64,000 nucleotides of DNA, taken from NCBI GenBank assembly GCA_043228905.1, contig JBHGNT010000013.1:14198001-14262000 (forward strand), given 5' to 3'. The translations under genes and the position numbers were made by a program. Shown piece by piece: positions 49,263 to 60,210 of the stretch. The notes beneath the pieces were generated by a model. It was given only the letters and a program-made list of their open reading frames with translations, was not told the origin of the DNA and searched no databases. The number at the start of each line of letters is the position of its first letter. Position 1 is the stretch's first letter. Origin of the DNA: Azolla caroliniana. Lineage: Eukaryota; Plantae; Polypodiophyta.

Positions 49263-51344
49263 TCTCGGGTTTCGGAACCGAGGGAATCGCGGTTACGTTC
49301 GTGGTTCAGCCGTACCGTCAGAAACTGGACCGAGTGGCGCCCGTCTTGGCTTTTGACCCTCGCGTAGGCCGAACCATTGTCCAGCACTTTGGTCTCCATT
49401 CGCGCCGCCGTGATGTACGGCTCTCCCAGAATGACCAGATGCGAAGACGTCTCCTGCACGAAGAAGTGCTGGTCAATCTCGACGTCGCCGATCTTGACTC
49501 GCACATTCGGACAGGCCCCGTGCAGTTCCTCGGTGGCGCGCGTTGCTGCCCTTATTTTCCACCCGTGCTTGGTGTTGATCGGCCATTTGCCCTTCTTATA
49601 GAAGTCCATGGACATCAAATTGATCTCCGATCCGTGGTCCACCAAAGCTATCACCGGTTCCCGGACATCGCCGATCTTCACCGGGGTCTCCGTGGTCGCT
49701 CGGGCCCAGTGTGGTCTCGAATAGTGGCTTTCCGCCCACTCGTCTCCCAGCGCCATGTCGTCTAGGTGCGTCGTCCGCACTTCCACCGGTCTTTCCGGTT
49801 CTGTCTCCGTCGACAGCCTCTTCCGTTGCACCAAGTCCCAGCACCTCTCGTAACGACAGCTCCACCTTGCTGTCGAGGATCCGTTCCTCCAGGACCTTCC
49901 GTAAGTCCGTGGTCCTTTCTATCTCCGTCCCCAGACGGTACCCGCCCTTCTGGGGTTTATCTTGCGTGCCGGCCCCGCCGGCTTCGTCCCGTCGTGGCCC
50001 GGACCGGGTCTCGTATCGTTGTGAGGGCCCGGTCGTCCCGGGTTTCCCCACCCGCTTCTCTTCTACCAGAGCCTCGTAGTTCTGGCAAGCGGCTTCCACG
50101 AAGCCCGTCCGTTCCTCGACCGGGTCGCTCCACCCGGTCATCTCCCGTACCCGTTTCTCCGCACTGTCCGATTCCTCCCCTCTAAGCCTTGCACCGGCAA
50201 GGCCTTCCAGCATCGTCGGCCAGAATCCGGCTTTGCTTTCCCTTCGGGCCTCGCCGCCCCCAACTCGAATGCCGGCCGACGCCGAGTAGTGGACGGTTTC
50301 CGCGTGTCGGGCCGCCGCCTCTTCCATCAACCTTTTCATACCACCTTTTCCGTCGTTTCGGCTCAGGGCCCTTCGGGTGTCGCTGACATGCACCCGTCCT
50401 TCCCACAGGTACACCACCCTGTCCCTCAGCGCCTCCGCGAAGTCGCCGCAGTCCTTCCGAATGTGGCCGACTTCATCGCACCACATGCACCTGTTTCCTG
50501 CCGCCGGCCGTCGGTCACGAGCCGGTTCGCCTCCTTCCCTTCGGGCCTGCGCGATTTGGAGGTCCTTTATCGCCTTCGTCAATTCCTCCAGCGCCGCTCC
50601 TCCGGTTGAGCCTCTGACTACGCCGGTCGAAGCCGAACCAGTTTCCAACCACTCCCGGGTCTCTTCCTTGCGCACCTGTGGCGCTGGTTCGAGCTTCCTT
50701 GCTGCGACCGAGCCCGACCCGGTCGCCCCGTTATCCGCCCATTCTCGCCGTTTGTCGAAACGGCCACAGACCTTCCTGACAGCCGCCCAGTCGGTAGTGA
50801 GCCCGTCTTCGGTTTCCAGCAAGAGTCCCACTTGCTCCCGATCCCGCTCGTCGACCGACTTGACAAACAGCAAGACCCGGCTCGTGTCCAGGATGGTTCG
50901 GTCGAGCGCCGAAAGGCGCGCAAAGTTTTCCTCGAACTCCCGGAGGAGCGCCGCCGCGTTTCTTCCCTTCCCCGGGGACTCCACCCATTCCATGAACCTT
51001 CGCTTCGAAAGCCGGAGCGCGTCGTCCAGCCCGTATTTCTCTAGGAGCCGACCTTCGAACTCCTCCCAGGTACGGCTCTCCGTCCGCACCTCGAGCACCT
51101 CCGCATGGATGCTCGGCATCGCCACTCGGGGAAATCCGGCAAGATGCCTTTCCTCCGGAATGTCCCGCATCAGCATCTCTGCACCGTAGGACGCCAAATA
51201 CTTCGTGGCATCCTTCCCATCGAACCGGCCGATCGTGCCGACGACCGCCTCAATAGCTCTGTCGAGGGCACCGGTGCTCTCGCGCGCGTTTACAATCCGA
51301 TCCACGGCCGAAGCCATGGCCTCTGCGAGATCCGACCCCCTCAT
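49253..51344 (-). pseudogene. gag-PR of element C with a frameshifting deletion of about 34 bp
   Basis: The segment encoding IAKKEFHDSIVD (present in F, E and B) is missing at about 49835, splitting ORFs 49596-51371 and 49253-49834. Confidence 0.85.
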
Positions 51345-52990
51345 CTTCTGCTCTTCTGCCGCCTCCTTCACGTCGGGTTCACCAAAGATGTCGTGATATT
51401 AAGCAAGTGCGTGTGGAATCGAGGCGGGACCGCGGGGGTCTCGAACCAAAGAGCAAGCGAGGGAGGAGAAAGAGAGAGAACCGGCTACGCAGGACCGGGG
51501 ATACACAGGGACACGGCCCTTCAGCACGGAGAACGCGGACAGAGACCGACACAGACAGATGTGAATGACTTAATATGTATATTAAGAAAATGGCTAATCA
51601 CGACTACAACCCTCGACGGGGCACAGGTTGGTTACAACCGAACAGGCCGGCGAACAGATGCCGATGCCTGTTCACTTCGACGCACAAAGGGGCTGCCGGA
51701 AGCACTCGGGCGTTCCTCGAAACAGCGCGAGCCTCCTCGGAACCCTGCACAGAAAGCTATGGAGCTCCAGAAGGAAGGAAACAGAGAGAGAGAAGCGTCC
51801 AGAAACGGTCCGACAGCACTTCGTCCTCTCCGTCCCCGATCCCCCTGCAACAGCTCTTTCCCGCTCCTTATATAGGCCGACGAGCAGGCCGTCCTGTCAG
51901 CTTTATTCCCTGTCCCTTTTGGACAGGGATCCGCTCCGTTTTCCACGCATCCGCGTAGTTACGCCGCCGACTCGTACAGTTCGCGCGCGCGACCGAAGAG
52001 ACTGTTCGCGCGGTCTTTGTCTCCACTTGAGTTAGGGCCCGTTCCTGCCGATTATCCTCCCGATTCGCTTCTATGTACAACTTGGAGTGTGCGCGCGTGA
52101 AGAACCGGTTCCCACGCCTTGGTGCGCCGATTCCGCCTATGGACGGTTTTCTTCACGACAACGTACAGTTGAGAAGGGAGGAACCGGACCGTGCCAAAAG
52201 ACGGGTCCAGGAGGTCACCGGGTGGAGCGATCCGGTCGAAGAAAAGACCGGCTTTGTGGAAGCCGCATGCCAGAACTACAAGGTTCTGGTAGAAGACAAG
52301 TGTGCGGGAAAGGCCAGAGGGGTCGGATCTTCGCAACGGTACGAGACCCGATTCGGGCTGAAGTTGAATGATGCCGGTGCTGCCGGTACACCGGATAAAG
52401 CAAAGAAAGCCGTCTACCGATTGAGCACGGAGATAGAAAGAACGACGGACCTACGGAAGGTCCTTGAGGAACGAATCCTCGACAGCAAGGTAGAGCTGTC
52501 GCTGAGGGAAGTACTCGGGATCGCCAAGAAAGAATTCCATGACTCTATCGTGGACTTGGTGAAGCGGAAAAGACTTTCGACAGAGTCGGAGCCGGAGAGG
52601 CCGGTGGAGGTGCAAACGACGCACCTAGAAGACATGGCCCTGGAAGATGAGTTGGCGGAAAGCCACTATTCAAAGCTGCACTGGGCAAGAGCCACTACGG
52701 AGACCCCGGTTAGGATCGGGGATGTCCAAGAGCCGGTGGTAGCACTAGTAGACCACAGCTTGGAAATCAACCTGATGTCTATGGACTTCTACAAGAAAGG
52801 CCAAGGGACGATCAACACCAAGCACGAGTGGAAAATACGAGCGGTGACGCGCGCCACAGAGGAGCTACATGGGGCTTGCCCGAATGTGCGTGTGAAAATC
52901 GGTGATGTCGAGATTGACCAGCACTTCTTCGTGGAGGAGACATCCTCGCATTTGGTGATACTCGGAGAATCGTACATTACAGAAGCACGT

Positions 52991-53666
52991 TGTCGTGAAG
53001 ATTTTCGTCCATAGGCGGAAAACCGAGCGAAGTAAGCAAACCCGCGATGTGCAACGTTGCACATCAAGATGTTGTATTTCTATTTGTCGATAGTGATAAG
53101 TGTGGTGCTAGAAATGCACCTTAGGATTTGTAAAGTGTAAAGGTGATGTGCTTTTTCGCGCACATCCACGTGAGAGAGAGAGATAGGTACATAGTAGTTC
53201 GTGTAGAGGTGGGAGTTAAGACCCATCCTTCCCTCCTCCCCTAAAATCAAGGGAAATATCCCCATTGATTGAAAGGGGATATTTTGTAGCACCCTTTTTG
53301 AAAACGGTCTTCTCTCCTTGTGCTATAAAAGGAGAGGAAGAGCACCATTGTGGGGGTTGCCTATTTTGAGTGCGAAAGGTATACCACATAGGACGAGCGT
53401 TAGGTTTAGGGTTTCTTTTCTTCTTCGTCGGATTAGGGTTTCGGGTTTATCATAGTCGTTTGGTGCGGCCTACGCGGCCGCCATTTTGTAATCGGTTTTC
53501 GGTTCTAATATATCTTGTTGAGCATTTGGCCTCCATCTTCCTCTTGTTCATTCTTTCTCTTCTTGTGCTAAGCTCCATTCCGAAGTCCTATTCCTTCTCC
53601 CCTTCTCCTTAGTCCAAGACCCCCGTGGTTCCGCCCTTCTCCACGCACGCGCGTAACAACGCGACA
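52991..53666 (+). mobile_element. Gypsy solo LTR (G-related) in the protease region of B
   Basis: TGTCGTGAAGATTTTCGTCC...AACGCGACA with perfect 4-bp TSD ACGT (52987-52990 / 53667-53670). Removing it restores ITEAR-METKVL. Confidence 0.92.
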
Positions 53667-54308
53667 ACGTATGGAGACGAAAGTGCTGGATAACGGTTCG
53701 GCATACGCACGCGTGAAGAGCCAAGATGGATGACACTCGGTCCAATTCTTGACCGTGCGACCGAACCATGAGCGCAATTGCGAGACCCTCGACGGCGAAA
53801 GCAGAGGGGATTTTTAGAGAGGGCTATCAAGGCGTGGGGCCGCGATAGTCTGGACACCTTGGAGGATACCCAAACATGTACAATAGGTCGGAAGTTTTGG
53901 TTCTCCGATACCGGAGGTTGTACGATAGTCGACATCATTGGCCAGGAGAAGAAGCGGGCAGAGGAACGACTCAGGATACGTGGAGTCCTCACCCCCGATG
54001 AGGAAATTAGCGGCGCCGTGGAGGCGGTCTCTTTCGACGACGCCCTTGGGAAAATTGGGAAGGTGATCGATGAAGGCCTGAGTGAAGACCAGATGATTCC
54101 GGTTAACTCGGTGGGAATGTATGAAGTCATTTCCGACTTCGGGGAAAGGGTCAGGTCAGATCGGACGGCCTGCGTGGATACAAGGCACAAGGATGTGGAT
54201 CGGAAGGTGAGGCTAGTTGCGACACCCTTGTTGGAGGGCAGCGAGGAACGAATAAAAGGGGTCGTGTGGGACCCAAGTTTGCGGAATCCGGCCGGCATAG
54301 GACATTGG

Positions 54309-57300
54309 TGTCGCGTTATTATGCGCGTTGTCAGGAAGATCCGTCACTACGCGCAGATCGTGAGGCGGAACCGCCGGGGTTCTGGACCAGAAGGATTTAG
54401 AGTCGATACAAGCTTTGGCGAGAAAGTACTTAAGATAGATTGGGAAAGAGAGAAGTTGAGATTACACGATTGATTTGATAACGAATTTGTTCCTCTTAAT
54501 TTTCATAAAAAAAACCGTGTTTTTTCTCCTCCCCCTTCCCTCTTTTATAGATGCTCTCATGCATATGATGCATGTGAGGGTACAAGACATGCATAAATTG
54601 CATGTTTGCCATTTGGCGCTTATGTATTACATGTGGTGCATGATAACCATGTCACTTATTTTAGTTCTCATGTATGAGAATTTACATGTAAAAGTACAAT
54701 GATAGAAATATAATTTTCACTAAATAGCATGGCTTAATGGTAAGCCAATTGACTCCTCACTTGGAGGTGCAAGGTTCGAATCCTTACTTGCCCTCCTTGT
54801 ATATGTAAATATGTATATATATATATATATTTATCTAGTCGCCGGATGTCGTCGGTTACCGGTGCCGCCGGATCACCGGCTCCATCGCCGGTCCGGTTTT
54901 GGTTGGCCAAAACCCTTTACGAGTAGCTAGCCCACCTCCACTCTTAGTTCAAGTTACCTTGAACTCTCTATGCTCCACACATAGACACAAAGATAATATC
55001 TTTTGCTCCACCTTATATATGATGAGAGCTGTATTTGTCGTGCCTATGTGGGATATCTCACAATTTTCTCCTTTCCTTTTACAAACTTTATACCCTCATA
55101 TCTTGACATTTAGTTGTCCGTTTCTCGTGTAATAAAGTGCATTCGAAACCTCCATCATTTTGTACTTAGATATTAAATCTATTTAAAATGTTATCTTCAC
55201 AATTATTGTACTACGTGATTCATACTCGATTTCGTACGTTTTATAGGATTTTCACACTATTGCCGAAAATCTTCACGACATCCACCCCCACCAAACCGCA
55301 CGTCCTCCGGTACGTGCCAAGAAGAGAAGAAGTGAGATTTCGGCTACGATGATCAATTAGATTCCTCCATGTCTTCATTTTCATCCGGCCTATTATGTTC
55401 ATCGTCGAGGTAATCGAGGTCAGGATCCTTGTCTTGTCTTTTCTTGAAAATCTTTACTCTTTTTCCCGCAATGGGTACGGCCAACCTTGATCCGTCTAGT
55501 TCCGCAAGTTGGTATGTGGCATTATCGTTGGCACTTGTCACCACATACGGCCCAAACCATCTTCTTGCGAACTTCCTTGTTGTACTGTGTTGATTGTCAA
55601 GGGTGCTGTCGTAAACCAAAACCCAATCCCCTTCTTCAATCTTCTTGGGATGAAGTCGATGCGTGTTGTCGAACCGAACTTTGTTCTTTACTCGGGCTGC
55701 CTTCATCATCTTTCGCGCTTTTTCTAAATCTTCAGGTCTTCTTTCAAGTTGCCTTATCCGCGCCGCTAATAACTCTTCTCGGCTCATCTCGTTCTCCCAC
55801 GGTATCGCTACCCATGAGGCGATCGTCCTTTCGATGGGCATAATCGGCTTTTGTCCATACATAAGCTCCGTCGGCATATACCCTGTCACCGAGCTATGTG
55901 TCGTTCTATCGGCCCACAAGGCATAGGGTAATAGTCGTGGCCAATTCCCGACTCAACCGTTGCATGCCCGTACGATGGCTTTAACGATAGGTCCATGCCC
56001 TCGCTCGATCTTCCCATTTGCTTCCGGATTGTAGGCAGTCGTGAGGGAGAGCTTCACGCCTAGTCTTTCGAAGAGCTCCGTCGCTTCGTGCGCATCCAAC
56101 TCCCCTCGGTCGGCCACTATCTTCCCTACACATCCATATCGGCAAACAACATCTTCAAGTAAAAATTTACAAACGGCTGAAGTCGTCTTATTTGTCAAGG
56201 CTCGTCCTTCCACTTGATTTGTCAAGTCTTCCCTTGCCAGCGCTAAGTACTTCATTTGTCCCACTCCCATTGGCATCGAGACCAGATCCACCATCCATTT
56301 GAAGTGAATGGTGAGTGGGTATGTCGGCTTTAACTCATCACGATGATGTATATTTGAATATATTTGGCAAGTTTCACATGTGGACACGAAATGGAGTACA
56401 TCTTTGTACATGCTTGGCCACCAGTACTTCTCCTTCAATTTTTCGAACGTCGCCCATGTTCCTCTATGACCTGCCCTAGCACTCTCGTGGAATTCGGTCA
56501 TCAGCGTCTCTTGCTCTTCTTTCTTTACCACCACTCGACGTGGTATTCCTGTCCTTCTTTTTGGATGTCGCCAAAGGAATCCTCCCTTCAAGAAGTATCG
56601 GTAAGCTTTCTTTCGGATTCGTAGGGCCTCCTCCTTTGTCAACGAAGCATCTGTAGTCAATGTTCTTAGGAATCTACCGATGAGTAACCATTCTCCTTTG
56701 TACTCGTTCTCGTTGAAGGCGTGGAGGGTTTGCGTGTCCTGGTCTTCCGCCGACAATCGAGCCATCTTGAAGAAGTTGAGGGCGACATCTTCATCTTCCG
56801 AAACCATGTTACTTCCATTTGAAAATCTTGCCCTCGACAGCATGTCAGCCATGGCGTTCTTCTTCCCTGCGATGTGACGGATCTCTGGGTTTAAAGACTT
56901 GATGTAGGCGATCCACCTTAGCATAGCAAGATCTGGGGTCGCACATCCCGAGACCATTCCGAGAATTGGGAGACAATCTGTCTCTATTATCACTTTTGAC
57001 CCGATCAGGTAATCTTTGTCCGTCTTCACTGCCGACACAATACCCCAAAGTTCCTGCTTGACTTGGGCATATCTTTGTTGCCGTTCGCTGAGAACCTTTG
57101 CTCCGAACTGGACGACATATCGCGCATTATCTTCACCTTCTTGATTGATGACCCACCTGATTCCGGTTGGGCTCGTATCTACGGTCACGTAAATTGGTTT
57201 CCCTTCGGCATAGTCGGCCTTCCTTAGTGCCGGAGCTTCAAGAAGCAGTTTCTTTAATCTTCGCATCACCTCTGTGTGCTCGTCTCGCCATTCAAACTTT

Positions 57301-60210
57301 ATTCTTTTCTTTAGTAGTCCATATAACGGTTCGGCGACATGAGCGTAGTGAGGAATCCATATATGATAAAACGCGCACGCTCCAAGGAACCTTCGAACCT
57401 CTGTTTGGTTTTCGCATTCTTCTTTCATGTCTTGGATTGCGTTCACTTTGGATGGCGAGGGCTTCCGGCCGTATGCTCCACACAAGTGACCTACCACCAA
57501 GATCTCCGGTTGCCCGAATGCGGATTTTTCTCCCGAAAATGTCAAATTCGCATCTTCGAGCCTTTGAAGCACCTTCTCGCAATCTTTCATATGATCTGCA
57601 ACGAACTTTCTACAACCTTCCTTATCTTTCGATTCATCTTTCTCCTCATCCGAACATCCTTTTATCGGAATATCATCCAAGAATGGCATCGTGATGTCCG
57701 GAATGCAATCCTTCAAGACTTTATTCATGGCATTCACCATATGAGCCACCGAGTTCGTTGCGCCTTGGGGTAAGGTACACATCCGCACAAGCCGGATCGG
57801 AGTCCTCATGGTTGTAATGTCCTGACTGTCGATCGCCAATTGGAATTGGTCATATCCGGAGTAGAGATCGCCAATGGAGTAGATGGACCGGCCCGCAAAC
57901 GCTTCGGCAAATTCGTCCACGCTCGGACCGATTCCGGCATTTCGAATTGTCACCTTGTTGACGGGTTGAAGATCTTGGATGAATCGCAATGATCCATTCT
58001 TCTTCGGCACCGTGAACCACCTATTGGAATAAGGAGCATTTGACGGTTCTAGAATTCCCATACTCACCTTCTCCTTTAAGAGCTCGATCAGCTTCGGAAG
58101 GTGTGCTCTCGGAACCGGTATCGGTTTCAAATTCCAAGGCACATGAGGCACCGTGAAGATCACCATTGGCTCTATAACTTTTGGGTCGGCGCATCCGATT
58201 TCTCGTGGGAAGAATGCGAAAGCCTTCCCATGTCTCTCAAGCATATCGCGAAACATTCGCTCCTCTTCAGGGAGAAGGAAATCCTCCTTTCCAACTCGTA
58301 GCTTCCCCTTTGTCTCTTTGGTGAAGTCATGACCTATCTTCTTCGGATCTCTTAAGCTTGGATTGTTAGCGACTTCCTTCATCTTTTGCCAGCTATCTTC
58401 CGGTAGCGGAACCGCAACTGGCTTGATCTTCTTATCCACCGTTTTATATTTCGTGTTGATGTCAGCTTCCTTCATCGAGATGCCACGACGGTATTCATCG
58501 ATGATAGCGTACATGTTGACGGAGTTAACCGAAATCACGCATTGGTTGTGAAGATAGCTCAAGTCCACGACGTCCTCGATTTCGCCGATGGTGTCGTTAA
58601 ATGAGGCTTCTTCCATAATATGAGTCACGAACTCCCCTTCTTCTATTATGTTCTCTTCTTTCAGCATCTTCTCGAATTCTTGTATCCGGTGCTTGTGCTT
58701 CTTGTCGGGTAGTACTAGTTTACATGCACCACTAGGTGTGACACATGTTGCTTCTCCTTGCAATCCACGCACTCTTCTTTCTTGTGGGGTCTTGTGATTG
58801 CTCGGACTATTTGTGCCCCATGCTTCAATAGTCCGCTCTAAAAATCCGAGGATTCGCCTCCGAGACTATCTCGATTCCTTTCATGATTGGCTCGCACTGT
58901 TAGGAATTGGACCGATCTTTGGTTGTCAAGACTCTTTATTCGTGCGAAGGCTGCTCCATTATCGAACACTTTGGTCTCCATCCGAGATGATGTGATATAA
59001 GGTTGCCCTAGGATGACAGGATGCGACGCTGATTCTTGTACGAAGAAGTGTTGATCCATCTCCACATCCCCGATCGTGACTTTGACATTGGGACAAGCTC
59101 CGTACAAGTCCTCCGTAGACTTTGTTGCCGCGCGGATCTTCCATCCGTGGTTTGTATTGATTGGCCATCTTCCCTTTTTGTAGACGTCGGTTGACATGAG
59201 GTTGATCTCCGAGTTGTGGTCGATCAAGGCTACGACGGTCTCTTTCTTCTCCCCGATCTTCACCGGCGTCTCCGTTGTCGCTCGTGCCCAATGAGGTCGA
59301 GTGTAGTGGCTGTCCACCATATCTTCATCGATTTCGTCTCTTGCCATCGTTATGGCATTCGTTTTTGCTTTCTGCAGCTTCTCTTCTTCCTCGTCCGATT
59401 GTTGTCTCTTTCTCTTTACAAGGTCCACGATCGTGTCATGGAACTCCTTCTTCGTAATGCCAAGCAATTCCCTCAAGGACAAAGTTACGTGGCTATCAAG
59501 AACTCGTTCTTCGAGAATCTTCTTTAGGTCCGTCGTCTGCTCTATGTCCGACCTTAGCTTATAGGTAGGTATCGTCCTTGTCCTCCGAGCGGGGTCTTCG
59601 ACACCAACCTTCACGGGCCGAACTGTTTCTTCAACTCGTATGCTCGGCTCTCCTTTTCGGCTCGATTCTCGTTCCACCATTTGTAAAGGTCGACTCGTCT
59701 CCGCATCGTCCTTCTTTTTCGCGTTCCTTGTTTCATGTCTTTTTGATGGCCCTTGCTCTTCTATTCTCTTTCTCTTTTCTTCAACGAACACCTCGTGGTT
59801 GTCACACATCACCTCTGCGAGTATGGTGTTGTCGTCCATCGGATCCGACCACCCTGTTATGCTTTGCACGTTTCGGTCCGCAAGCTCTACCTCGTTCGAT
59901 GTGACTTTTCCCTTCTTCTCATATTCGAGAACGGAAGTTCAAAACTTTGCTCCCGCTCTAGTAGCTTCAGTCTTGTCTTTCCCGACTCTTATTCCGGCCG
60001 ACGCAGCATAGTGCATCGCATCCACATGAGTCGCATCGACATCCTCCAAAGATTTCTTCATTCCTCCTCTTCCGAAATTCACCCGTAGGGGTCTTCTAGT
60101 CTCGCTTGAGCAGATCATGTTGTCCTCTATGTATACGATATTTTGTCGAATCGCCTCTCGAAGGCTCGCACAATCCCTTCTCATGTGGTCCATGCTATCG
60201 CACCACACGC
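54309..60210 (-). mobile_element. Ty3/Gypsy-type element D (3' LTR to mid-gag; interrupted by E, 5' end not in window)
   Basis: 3' LTR 54309-55280; PPT next to 55281; INT C-terminus 55353-55919; pol 55953-58847; gag-PR 58838-60210. Confidence 0.9.
55353..58847 (-). pseudogene. pol of element D (939-aa ORF plus INT C-terminus separated by a lesion near 55950)
   Basis: YSNRWFTVPKKNG, MPFLDDIPIKG, TVDTSPTG, HRGT...CETCQ, ADRGE, RRWFGPY. Confidence 0.88.

Larger units (their letters stand above)
44931..52160 (-). mobile_element. Ty3/Gypsy-type element C (full-length; youngest-looking Gypsy in the window)
   Basis: 772-bp LTRs at 44931-45702 and 51389-52160 (about 3 differences); perfect 4-bp TSD ACGT; tRNA-Trp PBS at 51367-51384; PPT next to 45703. 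Confidence 0.95.
43163..54308 (+). mobile_element. Ty3/Gypsy-type element B (same family as A; interrupted by C, a solo LTR and D; 3' end not in window)
   Basis: 5' LTR 43163-43770 (TATCGTGGAG...CACGACA); PBS at about 43777-43794. gag 43817-44930 resumes at 52161-52990 and 53667-53817; pol start at 53808-54308. Confidence 0.85.

Noticed and set aside
55281-55360. env-like or chromodomain ORF between integrase and 3' LTR
   Set aside because: Only about 70 bp separate the integrase stop from the PPT/LTR in C, D, E and F; no room and no motif.
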